A stretch of 64,000 nt of DNA, taken from Trichosphaerium sp. ATCC 40318. Its lineage: Eukaryota; Protista; Tubulinea. A program made the translations under genes and the position numbers. The notes below the pieces were generated by a model that ran no database searches, was not told the origin of the DNA, and was given only the letters and a program-made list of their open reading frames with translations. The stretch lies in contig JALMLS010000572.1 of NCBI GenBank assembly GCA_038496445.1, positions 12,937 to 76,936 of the forward strand. The letters are read 5' to 3'. Below are positions 1 to 11,190 of the stretch, in pieces (the stretch's first letter is position 1; each line of letters begins with the position of its first letter).

Positions 1-162
1 TTACAATGATGTAAAGTTGACTTTTGCATATTTAGACCTTGTTTACAGTGCATACTTATTGATATTACCTTACTTTAATAAATCTTAATAGTTGGGGAGT
101 ATGAATTTGTATTAATAATAATGTACATTGAACAAACTACGAAGGAGGACAGAGAAAAGTGT

Positions 163-1413
163 TCATTGTTTGTGCTTGGCAAAATGGCAAATAATGTCTG
201 TAAGTGATAATACACCACGTGGCTTAAGATCATCGGTGACAACCCATAATCGATGCACTTTTAGAGAAAGCATCTATTGAATAAGAGTATTAGAAATATT
301 GACATGAAAGTTTCAATAAAATGTATGCCACGTGCTTTTTGTACTGCTGATTCCAAAGTTATATCCATCTTTACTACTCCTTCAGCTGTTTTATCAACAG
401 TCCCACGTGCTTTTAAAAACTCTTGTACTGGCAAGATAAGGTCCTCCAAGTTTGTAGCATTCACGCCTTGTAGACATTACTTAGAGTATTTATGACACAA
501 AATGACGTTACCTCGTAAATCAGAGCTTGACAGTGTTCCACAGACTGTTCCTTTATTAGCGTCCACAACACATAATGCATTGTGTGACAACAGTGCCATC
601 AATCGAAAACCTTGTAATGCCTATAAAGGAAGTGTTATACTACTAAGTACACCATTGTCAATTGAATTGATTGCTTACTGTCTGGTCGTTTTTCATGGTA
701 GCAACATCTGTAGCTTTTACTATCTTTAAATCTTCTAAAGAGGACTTCCAAGCTATCACATGTTAACAATAATGTTGTCAAAGTTGACGTTCGTACGCTT
801 GGATTCTTTTTCTTTATTTTTGAATAAAAATCTTACGACATCAGTTTGCGACAAAATACCAACTTCTATCGTATTGTTAGATCAAGAAACACCTTGTATA
901 CTATTTAACGCACTATCTGGACCACCTAAAGTAACAAGAGCTCGATGTTTACCGGCAGCATAATGCTAAAGAGTGATTAGTGTTTATCCGTTAAATCACG
1001 TGAGCTTACTTGAATGACACTAGATAAGCTCGTTTTACCGTCTACAGGCATAGTTATACTCTTTGAATGCTCAGCAAAGAAAGCAGACGCATCAATAGCG
1101 TATTTAGCCTTGTTATCGACTGTTTGGCTCAAAACGGTGCCATCATCGTTAAATTGAGTGAATGTAAGTGCTATCATTATATCCCATATCCCAACGAGCC
1201 CGAGGTATCTCTACAATAGCAGTTTAGGATTGTTGCCGTTTTTTCTTTTGTACGAACCTTTTTCTTCGTGTCAAGGATTGGAATAGCTGTAATATTACTC
1301 TTGCTCATTGATTGTAGCGCTTCCGCGATTGAAGACTCTGTTGTAGCGAATATAATATTCTGATTGTCTGACACGATATCCTTTAGTGTTGTTTGTTTAA
1401 TTAACGTTTCCAT
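163..1413 (-). CDS. Four-CBS-domain protein (SDS23/AMPK-gamma-like), multi-exon
   Basis: Spliced exons give CBS motifs SIAEALQSMSKSNITAIPILD, HYAAGKHRALV..VGILSQTDVV, GTLSSSDLRG and TLESAVQK|MLSLKVHRLWVV..GVLSLTDII. ATG at 1413, TGA at 163-165. Confidence 0.85.
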
Positions 1414-1622
1414 TGCGTTGTTTATGATGTAATTAGATAAAACAGAAAGCTAGGAACACTAACTTAACCAATTTCACGAAGCTCAGTGTACCTTAAATGA
1501 TTCTTAGATATCTCGGCACGTTACGAATAGTTTCTTAATTTGGAATGTTTTACAACTCATTCGAGCGCTTGCAAAGCCAGCCATAGGGTATACTGAGTGG
1601 TAATACAAGTTTATTTCTATAA

Positions 1623-3636
1623 TTACAATACTGCCATCTCCGCCATTGATGCACTTGGTGCCATTAGTAGTGAAGGTCTAGTACTTTGTACGTTGCCATA
1701 TGAACTCATTTGATAATGCTTAAATGATATATCAGGCCTAATAGAGAGTTAACCAAAGGCAGCAAGCTCGTTTTTAAAAAGCAAGGTACCTTAATTGTTG
1801 TATGGCCTTTGCGATAGCTCCTATATCCTGTGCCCAAAATGGAATAGGGACAACAGTTATACCTTGCGTACGTGCTTTCTCTTGTTTCTCATCATCTCTG
1901 GCATCTTGTATTGATGCTGGACCAAACCTGGAATAGATATCTTGATAATGGTGTTGTCCTGTTGTATGTATAGTTAAGAGAAAGACAATTTTAAGATTGA
2001 AACAATACCATGATACTCTAAAGCAAGGTTGAACGCAGGAACAAATACATCAAGACTCAGCTGACTACCAGACAAATCTAAAGGTATTCCTGGATGATAT
2101 TCCTCCTTTATCTCGTATCCAGGGAACAGCCTCTTTGCACAAGATAGAACCCACCTGAATTACAAAATGTAAATGGTTGGTTTTGCGTGCATGCAACGAA
2201 CTACCTTTGCATTGCTCGTTTATCATCTCTCATCAGTTTGAGTTGATTCCATTTACGTTCAGGGTACAATGTTTTGAGCGTAACTGGCCAGTGTCGTATC
2301 ATTCCTGTAGCACCTAATGCACGAAGTTGATAGCTTGATATGCGATACCAATCATCAGGTTGCCGAACATCAAGTGAATCTTCAATATTCTCCAAAAACA
2401 GATTTGCTTTGCTGGAACGTTGCCAGAAGTCACGTGGCATTTTTTCTGTAATAACTTTAATAAAAACAATCATAGAAAGTATATCACGTACTAAAGCGGT
2501 AAGGAAGCCATTCATGATCAGGGTAAGTATGAGACAAGAAACGTTGCATCGATGAATAATTATTCCTTATTTTAAATCAGTCATTTAAACAGTTGCTGTA
2601 AACAACTTATACGTACATGAGTGTCCCACCACCGTGCTCCTTTAATGATTTGGTGCTTATTTTGTACCAATCATCAAGATTCTTGATACCAAATTGTAAT
2701 TCTAATGGTTGTTAGAGTGCCACGGAGACGCTTTTTTTTTCGACTCACCAAAATGTCTCACAAACCTGCGATGATTTTCCCGTGAAACCCAAAAATTTCG
2801 TACAGTATTTCCTTTGGGGGAAATCAAAATAATGGATAGGAAAGAGTTACAAACGTACGGAATCTCCAAGGAATCCACTCATTTTGAGGGTAAAATTCTT
2901 GCAACATTTTTTGAAGAGAAGAATTGTAGGGTTCTCTACAGGTTAACTGGTTAAGTATGTACAAAATTAACATATACTTACGCTCTCAAGAATCCAGAAC
3001 CTCCAATTTTAGCTAAATCTTCAACAGTAATATCATACCAATCGTACAATGTGTTAATACGTAATTTAATTTCAGCCTGCAATGTGTCAAAAAATCAGTC
3101 GAACAAAATGTCATCTTGTACCTCTTTAATAAACGCAATTCTATTGTCTCTGTGAGCCCAATAGTTTCTTCCAGTAGTAGCTAAGAATACTTAACACATA
3201 GGGGTATACTCGAAACAAGTACTGAAGTTCCAAGGCTGCCAAGCGTATTCGGGATAAACATATTTGAGAAAGTTCAATAATGAACTATGGAAGTAACTAA
3301 CGGTTTTAGTTATTATCTGTGGCGACCAACGTACCCATTTATAAGGCTAACAGCCTTCGCTTTGCGAATATCTAAGTACGATACGTGGTACCAGTCTTCT
3401 ATGTTTTTGATACCGAGTTTTACCTCTAGCTAACCTCACAATATGTTATATACGCGTGTGGTAACAGTTTTACCTCTCTTGTAAATCCTACAACGTTTTC
3501 GTTTGAATTAAACCATTTATGAGGTACCCTACGCTCAGAGGGGCTAATAAAAGGTTAACTAACAATTATTAACATTATTTCACCTGATGTTCTTGTAAGA
3601 AGCTCTAGCGCTTCGCACAGCCTCAAACGAGCGCAT
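1623..3636 (-). CDS. Protein with four ~65-aa Trp-rich repeats and a C-terminal RAP/PD-(D/E)XK-like domain; possibly mitochondrial
   Basis: Repeat units such as LGIKNIEDWYHVS..YPEYAWQPWNF, LRINTLYDWYDIT..YPQNEWIPWRF, FGIKNLDDWYKIS..YPDHEWLPYRF and LDVRQPDDWYRIS..YPERKW. C-terminus LDVFVPAFNLALEYHGQHHY..RDDEKQEKARTQGITVVPIPFW. N-terminus MRSFEAVRSARASYKNIR is Arg/Ser/Ala-rich. Confidence 0.8.
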
Positions 3637-3786
3637 TAAAACCTAGACAGATAGCTGTCATCCGATCTAACGCTAACGGCTCGACACGAGTGCAATGAAG
3701 TCGTTGCAAGTCACAGAAGTTCACTGATCCCTCTTTTACTCAGCGCCGGCGCTACACGCAATCAAACTACTAAACGTCTACAAGAA

Positions 3787-5263
3787 TTATTCTATTGTTA
3801 CATTTTCTACTTTTTCTACTTTGCCTTCCATGGCATGAAGTTTTTTCAAGTGCGATATCACGTGACCTTTTAGTTTAAACTTTTTATGACAAACAGAACA
3901 TCTATAAGGTCTCTCTTCAGAATGAGTAGTAAGATGACGTCTAACATCAGCAAGACATGCAAATCTTTTACTACAAAGAGTACAGGCAACCTTCCTTTCA
4001 CCTTTATGTACGTTACCCAAGTGTCTTTGTAGATTACCCCTTGTAGAGAATCTTTTACCACATCCTTTCTCTTTACAAGCGTAAAGCTTCTCTGTCGCGT
4101 GAACGCCATTTTTATGTCTGTTATAATCTCCCTTTTGCTTGAAAACCTTACCACAGATACCGTCCTCTGTTTTATGTTCACATATGAACCGTTTAGCGTG
4201 TAATTCTATGTGTCGTGTTAGGCTTCCTGATCTTTTGAATATCCTTTTGCATATAGGGCACTTTTCGTTAATATTTGAAGGTTTGGGACCTGTCTTAAGC
4301 TTTTTTCTTGCTGTTGTTTGTTTTTCTGTCTTTTCTGGTTCTTCTGAATCGCTTCGCTTTCTTTTTGTGCCCTGAGGTTTTGGAAGTAAGCTAAGCGTAG
4401 TTTCGTCGCTATCTGGTTCAGTTTGAGAGCCTTCACAGTGAGGACATAAATTAGAAGCAAATGGTAGCGAACAAGCCATGCAAGACGCGCAAGCGTGATG
4501 CCCACACGGTAAAATCTGTAAATCACTGGTTTGATAACAAAAACAACAGTTTCGATCAAAATCATCTTGTAAATCGCTGAGAAAGCTGTAATAGGTATTT
4601 AATACAAAAAAGAAAGTTTTAACGTGTTTAGAACCTCGTTGAACCATGTTGTGCAATCCAACTCTAATAGAACCGTTGGAGGTCGGTGAGGAGCTACTAC
4701 ACGCTTGGTGAAGTGCAAACCAAAGAATAGCCGTTCCTCACCTTAGTTCTCGAAGCTTTGTTTTCTTTGGCCGCGTACCTGTGACCATCTAATGCGTAAG
4801 GTACACTAAGAGTAGCCAACATTTGATCCTTCTCTGTGAGATTTCTTTTTGAATACGTCAGAAAAGCGCTGACTAAAAAACGAAGTAGGCATACTGTGCT
4901 TGAGAACAATGTTTTTAGGTGTAACCAATATCTAGTAGATAAGAGACTAGGAGTAGCATATCCAACACAAACTAGAGTAGCAGCCACTATCACGTGCGTG
5001 GAAATCGCCTTGTTTTTTCACAGTGAATTCGCTTTGGATGCAGCTTTCATACCTACTTGTCTCAGGTTTACTTTGACTAACAAGGTCAGTCAGATTAATA
5101 CGATAGATGGTGCTTCATTCAACTTTATCAAATGTTTGAGCTAAGTGCTGCCTAGTCCAAAGTTCCTTTGTTTGTTCCTGGATACATTCTCTTAAACGGA
5201 CTGCAACGTCGCTAGGTGCAATGAGGTCATTACATTATTAGTGGCAGGAGATCACTGTGACAT
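3787..5263 (-). CDS. RING-finger plus five C2H2 zinc-finger protein
   Basis: The last exon has CCFC..LPCGHHACASC..CPHC (RING), an NLS-like KRKR and five CxxC..HxxxH fingers with HSEERPY-type linkers. Upstream exons join through ~40-50 nt introns to ATG 5263; the 5' exons are less certain. Confidence 0.85.
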
Positions 5264-5390
5264 ACGCTCGTTGTATTGACCGTAGCTAATCAAACCTGGA
5301 GCAACAAAAGTAACTTGCAAAGATAAGTTTAGGGTTGACAAGACAACACAAGACATCTTTAGCGATCGCCTAAGCCCTGAAGACAGTTTA

Positions 5391-5632
5391 AGGAACTAAC
5401 GTTATGGTACTTTTGTTTGATCAAAAAAAACTAGCACAAAGTGATCATTTATTTGTCACAAAGCTCGCCAAAAGTACAATTGGTGCTTGTAATACTATTC
5501 CTTGATACAATAAAGGCTAAAATCAACGTTTTAAAACCTCCAGGAACTGCAAAAAAAAATTCACGTGGTTGTAGGAACTTAATCACATTAAGTAACATAG
5601 GAACACAGGAACTCAGCTTCCTGTGCAGGAAC
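5391..5632 (+). promoter_or_regulatory. Cluster of AGGAAC motifs in a divergent promoter
   Basis: AGGAAC occurs at 5391, 5542, 5573, 5599, 5607 and 5627, with CACGTG at 5562, between divergent ATGs at 5263 (-) and 5686 (+). Confidence 0.4.
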
Positions 5633-5685
5633 TGTTTCGAAACATTTATTTATATTTATAGTCCACATACCAATTAAACACGATC

Positions 5686-6531
5686 ATGTTTACCGTATCA
5701 AGCAAGAAAGTAACAATGAGGCCAGGCGGTCAGGGAGGCGCAAGCAATGTAAGAGTAGAAGCGAGACGTCACTCTAAAATAATATTAGGATGGTTATAGA
5801 TGGCCTTGTTCACCAATAGCCAGAAATTTATTGGAACCAGTCATAGTGTTCCTACCTAGTAGATCAATCGATCCTAGAAATATCACCTTTTCTATACGAT
5901 GCCTAAGTACACCTTCCATTGTTTTGTGTAACAACCTGCTTACGTTGTCTCCACTAGAAAAAAGAAATGTTGGTATTGCAAAGACAGCTTCAGATTGGAA
6001 TAGACTGTACATGCGGAACTTCAAGTTGTTCAGGCATGAGATGGAGTATGATAGTCCAAGGAACGCCGTTTTGATATACTTTGAGTATGGCTGTGCAGGA
6101 GAATTTAAGGTCACAATCCACTGTAAGAGAATACCTGTAGCAAGTGCAGTATGCATAGTTAAAGGAGCTAGAGGTAAATTTTCTTTTGGTCTCAATAGTG
6201 GTTAACAACAAGTTGTTTTAGTCACAAATAGAGTTCCTCAACCTAGACAAGTTGCACATGACATACCTAATCGTCAGTTTAATAGAAACTATTTGGTAAG
6301 TAGAATTTTTTTAAATGCTTTCCAAGCTACCTTTTACAGGAACAAACAGCTTTTCTTTATCCGATCTGCAGTGAAACTGTAATACAGAAATGTACTAACT
6401 ATGCTTAGAGATATCAAGCCATTAGCAGCATCTCAGGGGTATTACATACGCTTGCTCGGCAGTTTCCAAAAGAGAGGGAGGAGCTTGATGACGACAACTG
6501 CGACCCAATGGAAGAAGATCCACTTGACTAG
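5686..6531 (+). CDS. Uncharacterised protein, paralog A of a local pair
   Basis: MFTVSSKKVTMRPGGQGGASN|DGYRWPCSPI..FSIRCL|KKRNVGIAKTASDWNRLY..LFRHE..FEYGCAGEFKV. Aligns with the gene at 8122-9304. The 3' exons are tentative. Confidence 0.7.
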
Positions 6532-6569
6532 AGTCCAATTTTTCAAAAAAATAAATAATGTAACAGATT

Positions 6570-7967
6570 AAGCTACACGTGCCTTGTAATGAGTGATTGT
6601 GTAATCTTTGTGGCCTTCTCACTGATTGCCAGTAGGTGCAATTTGAACAATACGTATTCCATAAATCCAATTTTTGTAGTACACGTCAAAAAACAGTGTT
6701 TAGTTTTGATCTTTTGACAGTCGTTTGCAAAGCAAGTTCAAAGCCTTTTCTCGACAGTGCTCGCCTGAAAATTAATACCACCGCTACATAACAACTAACT
6801 AAGGTACAAATTCGAGTCATTTTTTACCGACTTAAACATATCAATCAAGAATAATCAATATTTATTGGTGAAAAGAATTTACGTAGTGGTTGGCCTGCTG
6901 TTCATTATGCTGAGCGTTTGTTCGATTTGCACGGTTCTACAACGAACCACAATATTTTTTTAATAAACAATTACGCTATTCATAAACAGGTGATTGATGT
7001 TTATAACCAGGGTGAAATAAGTTGTGTCAATCACCCGGGTCGGCAGTTGAACATGAGGAAGACGAGAGGAGTAGATTCTGCCAATGGCCTACATAGGTTA
7101 ACCCAAGTACATACGGGGTGCTTGGAATTGATTCTATGGACACTAGTCAGTATCGTCGCCCACGCTATATCACATGATGCACCACGAGGTATCTATAGAC
7201 GTATAGTGTACCCAGTGTGATCTCATTGATATAGTTTGAGGACGTACTGGTGCATTTTGCTTTGTTGGAAAGGCAGTTTTTGTTAGATGACACCTATCAA
7301 GAACGTGATTCAAACAATATAGTTTATAAATAAACATTGAAACTAACAAGTACGTTTTTTTTACCTACACTGTGCTGTACAGTAAACATCTGGATCCTGT
7401 TGACTGTCAAAAACGAAAGCTCAAGTACAGGCCAACATAGTAACCCATTGGCACCTAAAAGAATGCCAATTCTTCTAGCAAAGTGCTATCTATAGAACAT
7501 AAGGCATGTAGTACCTTGAGCGACGTAAGTTGATTCTCGTGCGGACCATATTGTACAAAAAGAAGTATAAACCAAGGTCACGTTGCGTGCGTGATGGAGG
7601 AACATAACTTTCATCAGTTGGCAGTCACAAAAGAGCGCTGGAATGTATTCCGATTTACACATTTTATCGGAAAAAAAAAAACCACAACGTCTTGAAATAA
7701 ATTCGAACATAGTTCACATGAGAGGTATTCAACCCGATTTCGCGTTTTCGAGCACAAACACAGATCAATTGCTTTGTGGCTACCTTGTGCGAGAGTTTGA
7801 GGTATTTTATCGAAAACCACAATGTCAAAATGAATGCCCATGAACAGTTTCATATTCTATATTCATACCAAGGAGATGTGCGCGCACAAACTCAGAGCTA
7901 CTAAACCATGTTTTGAGAAGAGGAACTCGTTTTTGGGGAAGGAACAGATAGTGACAGTCAAAAACAT
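6570..7967 (-). CDS. Hypothetical multi-exon protein (structure unresolved)
   Basis: MFLTVTICSFPKNEFLFSKHGL|NMKLFMGIHFDIVVFDKIP..LSCELCSNLF across a 45-nt intron. Further intron-like segments follow, but the downstream frames are ambiguous. Confidence 0.35.
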
Positions 7968-8121
7968 TCTAGCTCAAGCGGTACATCAGTACGTTCACAA
8001 AGAGAAAAAGTGACAAGGTTCTATTTAGAATAGCTCGCTGTATGACTTCTTTGGTAGCTTGTACAAGTCTATATTTCTCTTTCATTTTAGAAATTATCGT
8101 AACCACTTGTACTCGTCTCCA

Positions 8122-9304
8122 CTATGAGTTAGTCGCCATGTTTAACATTTGCCCAAAAGCACCAAAAAAATTGTTCGCCAGATTGTTAAAATCTGCGTCT
8201 TCCTCCTACAAAATCATTAAGTAAAACAAACAACATTTGTTTATATCATAAAAAAAACAATCTTCAAGAACTTACACCATCAGATACTGGATCTCCATTA
8301 TCTTTTCTACGTTTTCTATCAGCTTGATCCCTCGCATATTGCCTATTTATTGTGCTCGAAAAGCCTTGAATAACATTCTCGAATATTCCTTTAATCTGTA
8401 CAACAAAATAAGTGATTTAAATTCCATTTTATCAAACCTTTTCATTTTTCTCTTTCTCTGCATCCCTAAATTCTGGTCTTGTTTGATCACCATAATAAGG
8501 ATCATCAGTTCTTTGACGCTTACTAAAACTCGTTTAAACAATAAAAGACCTATTCTTAAAGTGTACCGTGGATTGTAATTAAATCCATGCTGAGGTACGG
8601 TCTGCTAGGCAATTGTTAATGCCAAATGATGCTATTCCTTGACGACTCACTTGACGAATATCTAGTTCATCATCATACTCAACATCCATATCTTCGTCAC
8701 CAACAACTTCTGTCATATTTGGAACGTCCAAACGTCCATCAAGTAAAATTGCATCAGCACCATTAACAAATGGTTTAGGGGCTAAAATAAGCACAAGATA
8801 AGAGACTTATCCAAAAAAAATAAAAAATGACAACCCAAAATAGAATTTACCTCTTGGATGATTTCCTGTAACCACGTGACACTTTACAACACCAATTGAA
8901 AATTCAGGCTCGAGATAATATAAAAACACCTCATACACACCAACATGTGCAAACTCTATGTATAACATCGTAGTCAAACCACATTCGCGGTCGTGTAAGA
9001 ATTCGTGACGAAAAAGTTGTTTAGTGTGCCCTGCATTGTAAGCATTATTCCACTCTTCTTTGGTTTTATACTCTCCCTTTTTTTGTTTTGCTAATCACGT
9101 GAGAGTTTGTTCTATGATCCATTATGTCAACGCACATTTACACTCGATGCTAAATCTAATATCCTCAAATTGATATGCGCCGACAATTGGCATTTCCAAA
9201 ATAATAGGAGCAACCATTGATATTGGTTGAGGCTTCCAGGCGTACGACTTGGTATTTTGTGAGCTAAAGACACCCAAACTTGATAAATACCTTGGTTTTG
9301 CCAT
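8122..9304 (-). CDS. Uncharacterised protein, paralog B of a local pair
   Basis: MAKPRY..YAWKPQPI..FSIECK|SKQKKGEYKTKEEWNNAY..LFRHEF..IEFAHVGVYEVFL. Six exons join in frame to TAG at 8122-8124. Confidence 0.75.
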
Positions 9305-9629
9305 AACGCGCCCCTTTAAGCATGTAGACCTCTGGATTGGTTATAGTGATAACTGCCGTTTGGTTAGTATGAAAATGTACTGTACGTATGTATAAAACAC
9401 GAAAAATCAACTAAAACAGTACACGCATTACTCTCCATGTTGTACGAACTCATAAAAAAAGACAGTTCCTGTGAAGGAAGTAGACTTAACGAAAAAAGCC
9501 AAAAGAAAAAAATAAAAGTGTTCCTCCTCTAGAACCATTCGTTCAAAAAAAAAATATATGCAACTACGCGAATATAAATAGCACGTATTTCGTGGGGCAA
9601 AAATTGGTCTCATTATTTGTTTTTTTTTT

Positions 9630-10804
9630 TTACACGCCATCCAAGATTTCAATTTGTTGCTTTCTAGCGCGCTCCTTTAGCACTACCAATTTTTCAACTT
9701 TTTCGCCTTCAAGAGATGTGATAGATGTATCAATAACTGCCAAACGCTGTGTTATCTTAACAAGCTCTTGTTGTAATTTTTCTTGTTGTTCCAATAACAA
9801 TTTACGCTCCTCACCAAGCTTATCGAGTTGTTCGTTGCATACAGAATGAATACTTGAGAGCTCTTTTTTAAAATCCAAAAGAAGGTTGCTACGTTCTTGT
9901 ACGTCCTTGAGTTGCCTGTCAATTGCTTTTTGCATTTCCTCAGGGTCGATTTTATCCTATTTAACATATTTTAGAGGACGAGAAAGTCAAAAACATAAAA
10001 AATAATGTTTTTCTATTTACGAATTCTTATGGGCTGGTACAAAAAATTGCAACGCACGCGTACCTCAACGACGACAGGTTCCTTTTTGGCTGGAGCGGCC
10101 TTTTTGCCTTGTTGACCAGAATTTTTATTCGCACCATTAGGGCGGTTCTGGCGAGGCTTTTGGGCACCGTTCGTAGCTGGAGCAGTTTTCCTACCGGTTT
10201 ATGTTAATAAAAAGCAAATATCTAAAATAGTGACATGTGTACAGACGTACCTTTGGCCTGCAGGCTTAGCTGGAATGCCAGCGGCGCGGCTTACGACAGC
10301 ACTCCATGGGGAAGGCTTGGCTAAAGCGTATTAGCGTTTTTTAGGTACAAGAGGGTTATAAAAGGGAGTTTGGAGGTGACAGAAAGTGATTGAGGCTGAT
10401 TGTTTTAAAAAACGCTAATTACCAGTCAGAGCTTGTACAGCTCTTTGCGCATCAAAGCCGTTTCGCTTGAGAGTGAGATAAATCTCTTCCGGTGAGAATC
10501 CTCTGCCCACGGTGTTTTTGACTTGTTTTATCTTCTCCAATTGACCTGCATCAAGATTGCCAGTTGCTACCTTGGTCGATATGTTCAATTGGTCCCCTTT
10601 TCTTTGGTTGTTCCGATTTTTTTTGTTTGGCCTTTTTGGCTTATCGTTGTTGTTTCGGTCGTTACCACGCGACTGTTTGGCTTGGCCATTATTTTTACGA
10701 TCATTGTAGCGGCCTTTACCACCTCTAGGCTGGCGTCCGCCTCTACCAGAGTTATTTGACTCTGCTTTAGACGTGCCATTCGCCTTAATACCGCTATCGC
10801 TCAT
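9630..10804 (-). CDS. Low-complexity N/G/R/K-rich protein with a UBA/CUE-like helical motif and C-terminal coiled coil
   Basis: RGG/N-rich N-terminus, KIKQVKNTVGRGFSPEEIYLTLKRNGFDAQRAVQAL (UBA-like), PSPWSAVVS motif and a heptad-rich exon at 9630-9935. Confidence 0.7.
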
Positions 10805-11190
10805 TTTGTAGGACTGAACGTATAAAGGTAATTTTTACAGTTGAAAAAGTACCCAGAACAGTGGGTCTGAGGTGGCCAGTAATGAGAGTGTCGGAGCGAC
10901 GAAGCTAGTAACACAAAAATTGAGTAAAATTCACCAAGAAGATATTACTATTACTGACTAATGAAATTTGACGGTACATCTGTCAGTTGCCCGTTAACTT
11001 TTGCGTAGTTCGACGATGGGTAGTACAGACGCGCAAAAAAGCAAATAAAAAAAAAGGTCCAGCGTGTTGGACACATAAAAAGTTGACTTAGCTCTTTTTC
11101 GCGTCTGTTGAACTAATAAGGACAATTCTCAGCACCACGAAGTACGAACCGATTATTTAAAGCACAAAGGGTATTCCCTACGCTCTCGCC

